This document shows, one piece after another, positions 1 to 8,539 of a stretch of 34,843 nt of DNA. The first letter of the stretch is position 1, and every line of letters starts with the position of its first letter. Under the pieces are notes generated by a model. That model worked only from the letters and a program-made list of their open reading frames with translations. It did not search any database and was not told the origin of the DNA. A program made the translations under genes and the position numbers. The DNA comes from an uncultured Lentisphaerota bacterium (GTDB taxonomy: Bacteria; Verrucomicrobiota; Kiritimatiellia; RFP12; UBA1067). The stretch covers positions 1 through 34,843 of the forward strand of contig ONWT01000088.1 in assembly GCA_900321575.1 (NCBI GenBank), written 5' to 3'.

Positions 1-176
1 GGCCGACTGTGCGCGAGTGAGGCGACGGAATCTGCAAGCGTAAGAGAGGCGTTGTCAGCAGCAAGTTGCCTTGTCTAGGCTGGACTGGCTGAACAAAAGC
101 TTCTTGTCTAACGATATAGCCGCAGCAGATTCCGTCAACGAGAGCGAGCGCATAGTCGGCTCGCCGACGCCGCCCC

Positions 177-205
177 TTGACTCCCAAAATTTATTATGCT
201 ATTAT
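177..205 (+). promoter_or_regulatory. sigma70-type promoter candidate upstream of the large surface-protein gene
   Basis: TTGACT (177-182), 17-nt spacer, TG (197-198) and TATTAT (200-205) in an AT-rich patch. This implies a roughly 230-nt leader before the ATG at 443. Confidence 0.45.
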
Positions 206-442
206 TGTCTTGAAACTTGGACGAGGCGTAATACGAAGTGTGCCTTGTTCAGGCGAACGATTATGCAGAAGACCGCTAAAATCAAGCGTTTGAACGCTAT
301 CGAGACGACGCGCACGGCGCGGCGCTGGTTTTCGCATACTCTCCTCGCGGCCCCTCGGAAGGCGGTGCTGTGATGGCGACACTGGCGATGTTCAAGGGAA
401 ATTTCTAGAATCAACAAAAAAACAAACAAGGAAAAACAAACA

Positions 443-3400
443 ATGAAAACACTAATAACACGGATTAAGCGGTTAGCGCTTGCGCTGTGCTTTGTGACGC
501 CACTGGTGTCATGGGCGAATACAGATTTGCAAGTGACTATCACAGACAACACCGTCGTTATCGACAACGATAACGCGGAGACGTTTGACCATATGTCATT
601 CACTGTCAGCTCTCCTGTGGTGACGATTCCGGCTTCCGAAACGTTGCCGCTTGGGACGCAGATTGAGTTGACGTCAATTGCGCTCGGCAAGAGAGCTTCG
701 GGTTCCGGTAATACAAGGCCTGAAACTCTTTCCATTACAGGTACCGATGGTACGGTCTATACGTCCGATGCCATTGTGGAATCGGGTACGTTCACTAATG
801 CCGGCTGTACAAAGGAGGTCTATTCCTTCTCTGGCAAGGGCTGCGTGCTTACGGTCGGTCTATCGTACGCTATGTCTTTCAAGAATGCCAATGGAAGTGA
901 TTTCACATCCCTTGTCAGTCGTACCGCGAAGAATTCTGCGTCTCTGTTTGGCACAACGGTATACAACTCCAATTATACGGCTTGGCTTCCTGTTCAGGAA
1001 CTGACGGGCGAGATTGTCGGCTCCACCAGCTTTACGCTCTTGACGGGTGCGCTGACGAACATCAATAATACTGATACGACAAAGCCTGCGTATCTGCATA
1101 ATGCAACAGGCTGGATTTCGACCGACACTGTAAGCTCTGGCGAGATTAAGTTGGTGAACGGCCCTGCCGGATATGCTCTCACCGTGAACAACGGAAATTC
1201 AATTGCGGATAACAACAAGAACCGTACTTCCGTGTGGAAGAAGCTTTCTGGCGATGGTCTGCTTACTACGGCGAACAACAACTGGCAGACTCCCGCAGTG
1301 AAGATTTATGACGCCTCTGAATTCACAGGCAGCATTAATGCCAGTGCCGGCAATGTTCGTTTGGCGGTTATCTTCTGCGCAGAAGAAGATACTTTCTCTC
1401 CAACTGTATATGAAGAGATTGGTAGCAAGTCCGGCCTTATCTACATTAAGCCGGGAACATCGGTTACGGTTGCCGAGGGTGCAACATGGACCGCCGTCAA
1501 TGGCATTGTGAACAAGGGTGCGCTCACCGTCAACGGTACGGTTGCGAGCGCAATAAGCAACAATGGTGGTACGGTTACCCTCAATGCGGGTGCGTCAGTG
1601 CCTTCCTTCGGTTCGCAGCGTGACTTCACTGGCTTCACGGTTCATTCCTCTGTCCCGGTCAAAATTACGATGACCTCTGCGGAATACGGCAAGGGATCGG
1701 TAAGTGTTACTGGCGCAAGCGGAATTTCGACTATTACTGTGCTCGCTCCTGACGGCACAACAACGGTTGGCACCATTACTCCCGCGGAGTCTTCCACGCT
1801 TGAGACTGGCGTCAAGACTACTGGTCTCGCCACTTGGTGCGATTATGAGTTCAACGGCGATAAGTCCAACGCTGGTGTCGACAAGACTGGCCTTACGAGC
1901 GATGTCGATACGACCGATTATCCCGAAATATTCAATAGCTCGATGCTTTACACCTATACGCATCCGTATCGTGGTGTAACTTATCCCAATTCCTGGACAG
2001 CGGTTGTGCGTTGCACGGTGCCAGAACTCGAGAATGCAGTCGTCGTAATGTTCGGTACATATGCTGCCGGCGCTATCGGTCTTGTTGCGGGTTCGAATCC
2101 TGAAGAGGAAATGTTGCTTGTTTCCACTCCTGGTACGGTTGCGCAGGCCGAAGACAAGCACTTTACCACTTTGGCTACGATGAACGTCAAGGATGCCACC
2201 ACGGCCCAGCATGTCTATGTGTTCACAAAGGATGGCACCACCGTTAATGTTTACTGCGACGGCGAAAAGGTCCTTGAGGACTATCAGCTTGCAAGTGCCA
2301 CGCTTGGCGGTGGTCTGCAGGTCGGCTCTCTCCATGGCGGTGTTGTTCAGAGTGGGGTTCACACCGGTCTCATCCGTTTTGGTGCTGGCGAAAGTCAGAT
2401 TTCCTCTTTGACGCTTGCGCAGCAGCAGAATGCTCGCATCGACTGCATGAGGATGTTCGACTATATCGTCAGCCCCGAGCAGATCGCGGCTCTCTCCGTC
2501 GAGTTCCCTGCGGTCAAGCTCTATCGTGCAACGGCCGCAGCTGATGCTGATACGACTTGGGGTGATCTTTCCTGGACTCCTGCCTGGGATGGCGGCAATA
2601 CGCAGTCCAAGGTCATTCTCACGACTGAGGGCGACGCGACTGTCGCACTGCCTGAGTCGATTACGGTCGATGAAGTCCAGTTGGACCTCGAAACTGACTC
2701 GACGCTCACGCTGGTCGGCCCTGGCTCGCTAGCGATTACCCAACCTATTACCATCGAGGATGGAACCCTTGAGCTGACTGGCTCGGTTACGTTCACGCAG
2801 GATACGACCTTCAACGGCAAGGTTGAATTCACCCAGTTCACCAAGGCTGGCGCGGGTGCTATCAAGCTCTCGACTGGCGCTACGGTCGGCGTTGATGCGG
2901 CTCTCGTCGTGACTCCGCTCGGCACATACACACTTGCCGAAGGCACGGTCGTCGATTCTGCATACACTGGCGATGGCGTCAGGCTGATGCCGCTTGCGTC
3001 GGCTGCTTGCTCTCTGACCTCCGGAACCACAGTCCGCTACTATTCCGATGCAACTGGCGTGTTCGATACTTTTCTAAGTGAGGCTGCGACCGACGAGAAC
3101 TTGGTTTACACCATTCTTGATGGTACGGACTGGTCTGCCTATGCTGCACAGCTTGGAACGTTGGGATACTACTATGACCAGGCGGCAGGTACGATAACCA
3201 GAGCGTTCGCGAGAATTGCTGCGGTGCCGTATATGTCGCTTGCGGATGCTGTTGCTGCGGCTACGGAAGACGCGACGGTCGTACTTCTTCGTGCTTCCAG
3301 CGAGGAGATTACGCTCAACAAGGCGATTACCCTTAGCGAGACGGCCAACTTCTCCGGTACGCTTACCGGCAACGGCACGCTGACCTTTGCGGCGTTCCGC

Positions 3401-5584
3401 AACAACCCGTCCATCACGTTCACCGATTGGACCGGCACGGTTGTGTTGCCTTCGTTCGCTGCGGATGGTACAATCCTCAATAACTATGGCGTCGCTGGCT
3501 CCACGGTTGTCTTGAAGGGCATCACGAGCGGTTGGTTTGGTGAGACCTCTTCGCAGAAGATGGATGTCAATCCTGTTCTCCAGCTCGATGGCGATGTGAC
3601 CATTACCGGCTTCTCGACCGCGTGGGACTACACGTTCGCCGAAATTACCGGTACTGGTACGTTTGCGCTCGATCCGACGGACAACAATCCGAAGTCTGCC
3701 ACCATTACTAAGGTTGCCGAAGGCTTCACGGGAACGGTTTACACTGATATCGATACCACTCTCACGATCGGCACTCTCGCTCGCGAGGCTGGAACTAGCA
3801 CGGAGCCTGACACGCTGTTGCTCTCCACGGACGGCGAGGGCGATGTAGTGGTAGAGGCGGTCACGATTGGCGGCGAGCCGGCTGATGTCTATCTCGTCTA
3901 CGAGGAAGACGGCGTTTATGTCGGCGTTCCTCCGGTTGAGATTGATCCGTCTGCTGTCGTAATCAATTACAACAGCTATGCCACGTTGAGTGTGGTCGGT
4001 GGTTCTCTCGAGGGTGCCACATATGGGTGGACGATGTATACGAACAATGTTGCATGCCCGTCTACGCAGGGCCCTGTTAAGATCTCTAGCGGCAAAACCA
4101 AGGCCACGGTCAAGGTATATTCCGAGACCACGGCATTTGACAACGTTGTCGCCAAGGTTGCTATCACGAATGGCGAAGAAGTCATTGAGCGCGAAGCGAC
4201 AATTACGGTTGCTGATGTTGCCGCGAAGATTGGCGAGACTGAATATACCAAGGCTGAACTCAACGACGCGATTGCTGCGGCAATTGAATCTGGGGATGTG
4301 CTTGAGCACTACTTGAGTGTCTCCACAACCATCTCTAAGGGGCAAACCCTCAAGACGAAGAAGCTCGCCGAGCGCAATGGTTCTGCAACAGTCAAGGCTG
4401 CTGCAAGCACTGTTGAGGGTGAGGCGTGGACGATTGCAAAATCCGAGGAGGATGGTGTAATCACTTGGAGTGTTGGGACAGAGACCGCATACTTCGAGTT
4501 TACGAGTGCCGACAGCCAAACGGTTGAATACCTCGCAACTCCGAAGAATGCTGCCGGTGTAAACAAGCTCTTGTCTGATGCTACTATCACGAAGCAGTTC
4601 TCCGTCACAAAGGATGGCGTGGTGCTCGATCTTAACGGTCATGTTCTTACTTCGACATACGCAAGCACTACTGCTGGTGCGGTCTATGTAAATGTGATCA
4701 GCCCTGCTCCGGCGGCGCTAACCGTTAAAGACTCGGTTGGTGGCGGCTCCATTGCCGCAGCCTCCGCGCACTCGGTATTCACGCTCGGCAGTAATGGTCA
4801 GTTGACCGTTGAAGGTGGTTCATTCACAGGCAACCATATCGTGTATGGCAGCAAGACCACTTCAGTGGCGACCATTACAGGCGGCACCTTCACGGCGACC
4901 GACGCTGGATTCACGCTCAATATGCTTGACACTGCTCGCGGCACGATAACGGTCACCGGAGGTACGTTCACGGGCTTCAACCCGGCGAATAACGCCGCAG
5001 AGGGAGCCGGAACCAACTTCGTTCCTAACGGCTATGTCTCCACCGAGACCTCGTCTGGTGTCTGGACGGTTGCCGAGGTTCAGGAAGTTCCTGTGGCCCC
5101 TGGTGCACAGACCGAGCCGGTGGCGACCGAGGCCGAGGCCGAGGATGCAGCTGCGAAGGTTGTGCCTAGCGTCCCGGCTGCAGTTGCCGAGGTTCTGTCC
5201 GATGACCAGGAGACCGCCTATAAGGCTCTCTTCGAGCCCAAGGTCGTCGAAGTGCCTGGCGAGACACCCCAGTATGCCGTTGAGGTGGTGCTGAAGGCGG
5301 ATGTCGTTACCGAGATTCAGTCGGACGTTGATGACGAGGCTGATGACCTCGCCAAGGCGGCGGTTGATGCTGCGGCCGACGCGGTGAATGGTGGCGAGGC
5401 TACTGTCACGACGAAGCCCGGTCTCTACTATGTGGTTGAGGCTGGTACTGAACTCAATGGCATCGAGCCTGCGTCCTGCACGCTCGCGACGTCCGAGTCG
5501 ACCACACTCCCTGTTCCCAACAAGGGAGCCAAGGGCTTCTACAAGATCCGCGTCAGCGTGACCCCTGTTCAGGTCCAGGAATAA
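443..5584 (+). CDS. giant secreted surface protein: beta-helix / autotransporter-associated beta-strand-repeat-like adhesin with an internal LamG (concanavalin-like) domain and an acidic Ala/Glu/Val-rich C-terminal region
   Basis: 1713-aa ORF. AAGGA sits 10 nt upstream of the ATG. N-terminal Sec signal MKTLITRIKRLALALCFVTPLVSWA. Thr/Gly/Val-rich repeats (ITGGTFT, VTGGTFTG, LTLVGPGSLAI..GTLELTG). The segment around aa 480-690 (WTAVVRCTV..VVMFGT..VYVFTKDGTTVNVYCDGEKV..LQVGSLHGG) looks LamG-like. Confidence 0.8.
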   Translation: MKTLITRIKRLALALCFVTPLVSWANTDLQVTITDNTVVIDNDNAETFDHMSFTVSSPVVTIPASETLPLGTQIELTSIALGKRASGSGNTRPETLSITGTDGTVYTSDAIVESGTFTNAGCTKEVYSFSGKGCVLTVGLSYAMSFKNANGSDFTSLVSRTAKNSASLFGTTVYNSNYTAWLPVQELTGEIVGSTSFTLLTGALTNINNTDTTKPAYLHNATGWISTDTVSSGEIKLVNGPAGYALTVNNGNSIADNNKNRTSVWKKLSGDGLLTTANNNWQTPAVKIYDASEFTGSINASAGNVRLAVIFCAEEDTFSPTVYEEIGSKSGLIYIKPGTSVTVAEGATWTAVNGIVNKGALTVNGTVASAISNNGGTVTLNAGASVPSFGSQRDFTGFTVHSSVPVKITMTSAEYGKGSVSVTGASGISTITVLAPDGTTTVGTITPAESSTLETGVKTTGLATWCDYEFNGDKSNAGVDKTGLTSDVDTTDYPEIFNSSMLYTYTHPYRGVTYPNSWTAVVRCTVPELENAVVVMFGTYAAGAIGLVAGSNPEEEMLLVSTPGTVAQAEDKHFTTLATMNVKDATTAQHVYVFTKDGTTVNVYCDGEKVLEDYQLASATLGGGLQVGSLHGGVVQSGVHTGLIRFGAGESQISSLTLAQQQNARIDCMRMFDYIVSPEQIAALSVEFPAVKLYRATAAADADTTWGDLSWTPAWDGGNTQSKVILTTEGDATVALPESITVDEVQLDLETDSTLTLVGPGSLAITQPITIEDGTLELTGSVTFTQDTTFNGKVEFTQFTKAGAGAIKLSTGATVGVDAALVVTPLGTYTLAEGTVVDSAYTGDGVRLMPLASAACSLTSGTTVRYYSDATGVFDTFLSEAATDENLVYTILDGTDWSAYAAQLGTLGYYYDQAAGTITRAFARIAAVPYMSLADAVAAATEDATVVLLRASSEEITLNKAITLSETANFSGTLTGNGTLTFAAFRNNPSITFTDWTGTVVLPSFAADGTILNNYGVAGSTVVLKGITSGWFGETSSQKMDVNPVLQLDGDVTITGFSTAWDYTFAEITGTGTFALDPTDNNPKSATITKVAEGFTGTVYTDIDTTLTIGTLAREAGTSTEPDTLLLSTDGEGDVVVEAVTIGGEPADVYLVYEEDGVYVGVPPVEIDPSAVVINYNSYATLSVVGGSLEGATYGWTMYTNNVACPSTQGPVKISSGKTKATVKVYSETTAFDNVVAKVAITNGEEVIEREATITVADVAAKIGETEYTKAELNDAIAAAIESGDVLEHYLSVSTTISKGQTLKTKKLAERNGSATVKAAASTVEGEAWTIAKSEEDGVITWSVGTETAYFEFTSADSQTVEYLATPKNAAGVNKLLSDATITKQFSVTKDGVVLDLNGHVLTSTYASTTAGAVYVNVISPAPAALTVKDSVGGGSIAAASAHSVFTLGSNGQLTVEGGSFTGNHIVYGSKTTSVATITGGTFTATDAGFTLNMLDTARGTITVTGGTFTGFNPANNAAEGAGTNFVPNGYVSTETSSGVWTVAEVQEVPVAPGAQTEPVATEAEAEDAAAKVVPSVPAAVAEVLSDDQETAYKALFEPKVVEVPGETPQYAVEVVLKADVVTEIQSDVDDEADDLAKAAVDAAADAVNGGEATVTTKPGLYYVVEAGTELNGIEPASCTLATSESTTLPVPNKGAKGFYKIRVSVTPVQVQE

Positions 5585-5642
5585 TCGCTTACGATAGAGC
5601 AACTAACAGACAGGCGCAGCAATGCGCCTGTTTTGTTTTATG
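5584..5642. repeat. direct repeat copy A; core 5595-5642 is near-identical to 6519-6565 and contains the terminator
   Basis: tagagcaac(t)aacagacaggcgcagcaatgcgcctgttttgttttatg matches copy B with a single 1-nt indel. Weaker similarity (atcgct) extends about 10 nt upstream. Confidence 0.9.
5611..5639 (+). terminator. Rho-independent terminator of the surface-protein gene
   Basis: Stem caggcgc (5611-5617) / gcgcctg (5624-5630), 6-nt loop, then ttttgtttt. It starts 27 nt after the stop codon. Confidence 0.85.
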
Positions 5643-5702
5643 GCTACCTGAATTCTGTCAAAACAGGCCTGGTCAACTTTGACAGATTTCGCCAGTGGGG
5701 GG

Positions 5703-5732
5703 TTGATTACATGGCATATGAAAGTGTATAAT
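5703..5732 (+). promoter_or_regulatory. extended -10 promoter of the zeta-like kinase gene
   Basis: TTGATT (5703-5708), 18-nt spacer, TG (5725-5726), TATAAT (5727-5732). The ATG at 5746 is only 13 nt past the -10 element and no Shine-Dalgarno is visible. Confidence 0.6.
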
Positions 5733-5745
5733 ATGCATATCTTTT

Positions 5746-6309
5746 ATGAAACGGCTTTATATATTGGCAGGGGCAAATGGAAGTGGCAAAAGCACTATAT
5801 CAAAAGTGTTTCTGCCCGAGCAGAACATTGTGTATATAAACCCTGACGATATTGCGCGAGATTTGGATCCCGAAAATCCAGCTAGAGCAAGAATTGCCGC
5901 TGGTAAAGAAACATTACGTAGCATAGGTGATCGCTTGGCAAGAGGCGAGTCGTTTGCGGTAGAATCAACTTTGTCAGGCACGATTTATGTAAAAACTCTA
6001 GAGCATGCAAAAGAGCTTGGCTATGAGACCTCCATTATCTACACATTTGTAGATTCGCCAGAGGTTTGTATCGCAAGAATCGCCACTAGAGTAAAGAACG
6101 GGGGGCATCCTATTCCCGATGAAGACGTGCGCCGCAGGTATTTCAGAAGCAAGAAAAACTTCCTGTCTGCCTATGCGCCAATTGTTGACTATTGGACGCT
6201 CCTTTATAATGGCGACGCGCAAGTAGTAATGGTCGCGCGAAAGGATAATGGCTTGGGGGTGACAGTGTTTTCTGATTCGCTGTACAAAATGTTCAAGGAG
6301 GGCATATGA
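5746..6309 (+). CDS. zeta-toxin-like P-loop kinase / AAA-type ATPase (COG4185-like)
   Basis: 187 aa. Walker A motif GANGSGKST lies near the N-terminus, followed by INPDDIA. Size and layout are typical of zeta/PezT-like nucleotide kinases. AT-richer than the surrounding genes. Confidence 0.7.
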   Translation: MKRLYILAGANGSGKSTISKVFLPEQNIVYINPDDIARDLDPENPARARIAAGKETLRSIGDRLARGESFAVESTLSGTIYVKTLEHAKELGYETSIIYTFVDSPEVCIARIATRVKNGGHPIPDEDVRRRYFRSKKNFLSAYAPIVDYWTLLYNGDAQVVMVARKDNGLGVTVFSDSLYKMFKEGI

Positions 6310-6470
6310 CGGAGTTTGACGCTAAGATTCTTTCGATAGCCAATCGCGCGGTTTATGCAGCACAGGAAGAGAACCGCCGCAAGGGCATACCGAATGTCTA
6401 TGTCTTGAACGGTACAATTGTCTGGCAGATGCCTGATGGCTCTATCACGACAGTAAACCCAGACGCCTAG
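6306..6470 (+). CDS. 54-aa hypothetical protein, candidate partner (antitoxin?) of the zeta-like kinase
   Basis: Absent from the ORF track because it is under 60 aa. Its ATG overlaps the kinase stop (ATGA at 6306-6309). Translation: MTEFDAKILSIANRAVYAAQEENRRKGIPNVYVLNGTIVWQMPDGSITTVNPDA. It ends before the duplicated terminator. Confidence 0.5.
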   Translation: MTEFDAKILSIANRAVYAAQEENRRKGIPNVYVLNGTIVWQMPDGSITTVNPDA

Positions 6471-6507
6471 TGAAGCTAAAGGTGCTCAAGCGTAAAGAGC
6501 TCCCTTG

Positions 6508-6565
6508 ATCGCTCCCTCTAGAGCAACAACAGACAGGCGCAGCAATGCGCCTGTTTTGTTTTATG
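6508..6565. repeat. direct repeat copy B (core 6519-6565)
   Basis: Same 47/48-nt sequence as 5595-5642, including the hairpin and T-tract. Confidence 0.9.
6534..6562 (+). terminator. Rho-independent terminator (duplicate copy) ending the kinase + small-ORF cassette
   Basis: Stem caggcgc (6534-6540) / gcgcctg (6547-6553) followed by ttttgtttt. Confidence 0.8.
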
Positions 6566-6569
6566 CCCC

Positions 6570-6599
6570 TTGCGTCAAAGGGGAGAAGTGTGGTATAAT
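6570..6599 (+). promoter_or_regulatory. extended -10 promoter of the DUF3800 gene
   Basis: TTGCGT (6570-6575), 18-nt spacer, TG (6591-6592), TATAAT (6594-6599). Confidence 0.55.
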
Positions 6600-6654
6600 A
6601 CACTCGACAAAACCGAGAGGCGGAGTCAATCGGCTGGCGGAGAAGCCTCCGCTG

Positions 6655-7395
6655 ATGGCGTGGGAGACCACGCCATTACTTCTATACCGAAGGTTTATCA
6701 TTGTGAGCGGCGCTAAGGAAATCAGTGTGTTTGTAGATGAATCTGGCAGTTACGATCTTAATGCCAGTTCATCTAGGTTTTATATTGTATGCATGGTCTT
6801 TCACGACCAGTCGGACTCAATCGCTGAAGAGATTGATCGCCTTAACGTATTTTTGCGAAATAAGAATCTGCCTGAAGACCATCCCATCCATGCTGGGCCC
6901 CTTATACGAATGGAAGAGCCGTATAGGCATATGCGCCGAAGTGAGCGAAGAGCGATATTCTCGGCATTGTTGGCGTTTCTGCGCCGCTCGCGCATAACAT
7001 ATAAGTGCTTTAGCATCGATAAGAGATATATCGATTCGGCACCGGCATTTCACGATTCATTGCTACAGTGCCTGATTTCGCATCTAGTTTCCCGGAAGGA
7101 TGAGTTCAACAGTTATAGCCGGATCAAGATATATTATGACAATGGGCAGGCTGCGGTGACATCTATATTGCGCGAGGCGTTTGCAATCTACGCATCCAAG
7201 TGCGAGTTTGTCAGTAACGTTACTTCGTCTAAATATAAATTGTTTCAGGTGGCCGACATGATTTGTGCGATAGAGCTTGCAAGGCTTAAATTGTTGCATA
7301 TTGGCCATATATCAGACTCTGAAAAAGACTTCTTTATGGGTATTGGAAATTTTAGAAAGAACTATCTCAAGCCTATATTGAGAAAAGAGGCGTAA
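6655..7395 (+). CDS. DUF3800 domain-containing protein
   Basis: N-terminal ISVFVDESGS and C-terminal LFQVADMICAIE match the DUF3800 pattern (xDESG ... Q-x-aD). The TTG start at 6505 in the ORF track runs through the terminator and promoter, so it is rejected. The true start is ATG 6655 or GTG 6703 (GAAGG lies about 10 nt upstream of the latter). Confidence 0.65.
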   Translation: MAWETTPLLLYRRFIIVSGAKEISVFVDESGSYDLNASSSRFYIVCMVFHDQSDSIAEEIDRLNVFLRNKNLPEDHPIHAGPLIRMEEPYRHMRRSERRAIFSALLAFLRRSRITYKCFSIDKRYIDSAPAFHDSLLQCLISHLVSRKDEFNSYSRIKIYYDNGQAAVTSILREAFAIYASKCEFVSNVTSSKYKLFQVADMICAIELARLKLLHIGHISDSEKDFFMGIGNFRKNYLKPILRKEA

Positions 7396-7490
7396 TCGCT
7401 CTCCCGTTAGACGCAGAGCCGCAGAGATGTAAAGAATTTGACAGATTTTCGGCGAAAGATGGGGCTTAAAAAATTATTTGCGATACCCCC

Positions 7491-7520
7491 TTGCGCAGGC
7501 GCGGCGATTTTTGATATAAT
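7491..7520 (+). promoter_or_regulatory. extended -10 promoter of the ribosomal alpha operon
   Basis: TTGCGC (7491-7496), 18-nt spacer, TG (7512-7513), TATAAT (7515-7520). Confidence 0.6.
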
Positions 7521-7559
7521 ACGCGTTCATTCGACCACTCAAAAGAGTAAATAACAACA

Positions 7560-7673
7560 ATGAAAGTACGTAGTTCCGTTCGTCGCATATGCGAGAACTG
7601 CCGCATCATACGCCGCAAGGGTGTGGTGCGCGTGATCTGTACAAACCCGCGCCACAAACAGCGCCAGGGTTAA
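7560..7673 (+). CDS. rpmJ: 50S ribosomal protein L36
   Basis: Absent from the ORF track because it is under 60 aa. Translation [37 protein letters not shown] has the typical L36 C-x2-C...C...H zinc-ribbon pattern and the expected position before rpsM. Confidence 0.93.
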   Translation: MKVRSSVRRICENCRIIRRKGVVRVICTNPRHKQRQG

Positions 7674-7694
7674 CAACAACGAGGTAAAACAACT

Positions 7695-8075
7695 ATGCCA
7701 AGAATGATGGGTGTGGATATTCCGGGCAAGAAGCATATTCGCTTCGCGCTTCGCTATATTCACGGTATCGGGCCGAAACGCGCTGATGACGTTTTGGCGG
7801 CTTGCAATGTCGACCCCATGAAGAAGGCCGACGACGTCACGCAGGATGAAATTCATGCGATCACGACGTACATTCAGGACCATTTCCGCGTCGAGGGCGA
7901 CCTCCGTCGCGAGGTTAGCCAGAACATCCGCCGTCTGATCCAGATCGGGTCTTATCGCGGTCTCCGTCACAAGAAGGGGCTTCCCGTGCGCGGCCAGCGT
8001 ACGAAGACGAACGCGCGTACCCGCAAGGGCGGCAAGCGTGTTTCGATCGCGATGCCCAAGCAGGCCGGTCGCTGA
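7695..8075 (+). CDS. rpsM: 30S ribosomal protein S13
   Basis: MPRMMGVDIPGKKHIRFALRYIHGIGPKRA...GSYRGLRHKKGLPVRGQRTKTNARTRKG. GAGGT Shine-Dalgarno. Confidence 0.97.
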   Translation: MPRMMGVDIPGKKHIRFALRYIHGIGPKRADDVLAACNVDPMKKADDVTQDEIHAITTYIQDHFRVEGDLRREVSQNIRRLIQIGSYRGLRHKKGLPVRGQRTKTNARTRKGGKRVSIAMPKQAGR

Positions 8076-8087
8076 GGAGTTTAAGAA

Positions 8088-8537
8088 ATGAGCGAAGAAG
8101 TCAAGAAAGAAGAAGCCCCGGTGGCGCCTGCCGCCGATGCCGCTGTCGCGGCCGAGGGCGAAGTCGTCGCCAAGAAGCGTCCCGGCAAGTCCATTCCCGC
8201 CGGTATCGCGTTCATACGCAGCACGTTCAACAACACTCAGGTTTCGATCGCCGATGCGCGCGGCGGTGTGATATCCTGGAGCTCGGCCGGCAAGGCGGGC
8301 TTCAAGGGCAGCCGCAAGTCGACCGCTTTTGCAGCGACGATGGTCGCGCAGGATGCGGCGCGTGTTGCCGTAGCCAAGGGTATGCACGAGTGTGAAGTCA
8401 GGATGCAGGGCGCCGGCGCCGGCCGCGAGAGTGCGGTTCGTGCGATTCAGGCGGCGGGCATCCGCGTCACTCAGATCACAGACACGACGCCCGTTCCCCA
8501 CAACGGTTGCCGTGCACGCAAGCGCAGGAGGGTCTAA
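8088..8537 (+). CDS. rpsK: 30S ribosomal protein S11 with an acidic/Ala-rich N-terminal extension
   Basis: [41 protein letters not shown]...[13 protein letters not shown]. Confidence 0.97.
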   Translation: MSEEVKKEEAPVAPAADAAVAAEGEVVAKKRPGKSIPAGIAFIRSTFNNTQVSIADARGGVISWSSAGKAGFKGSRKSTAFAATMVAQDAARVAVAKGMHECEVRMQGAGAGRESAVRAIQAAGIRVTQITDTTPVPHNGCRARKRRRV

Positions 8538-8539
8538 AG

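Noticed and set aside
310-335. GC hairpin plus TGGTTTTC in the adhesin leader as a transcriptional attenuator
   Set aside because: The stem is only about 4-5 bp with a 3-nt loop and the U-tract is short, which is not convincing without structure probing.
71-373. 100-aa + strand ORF upstream of the adhesin gene
   Set aside because: It has no Shine-Dalgarno. It spans the predicted promoter at 177-205, and its sequence has no recognisable features. It is more likely leader or intergenic sequence.
2089-2100. GGTTCGAATCC, a tRNA T-arm-like string
   Set aside because: It lies inside the adhesin CDS. No acceptor stem, anticodon arm or D-arm can be built around it.
3074-4642. 522-aa minus-strand ORF inside the adhesin gene
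   Set aside because: It is Arg/Leu-rich low-complexity sequence, typical of antisense frames in GC-rich DNA. It lies entirely inside a well-supported + strand gene and shows no recognisable motif.
6505-6654. TTG start at 6505 for the DUF3800 ORF (track coordinates 6505-7395)
   Set aside because: That N-terminal extension would read through the duplicated Rho-independent terminator (6534-6562) and the promoter (6570-6599). The conserved DUF3800 N-terminal motif begins only at about 6720.
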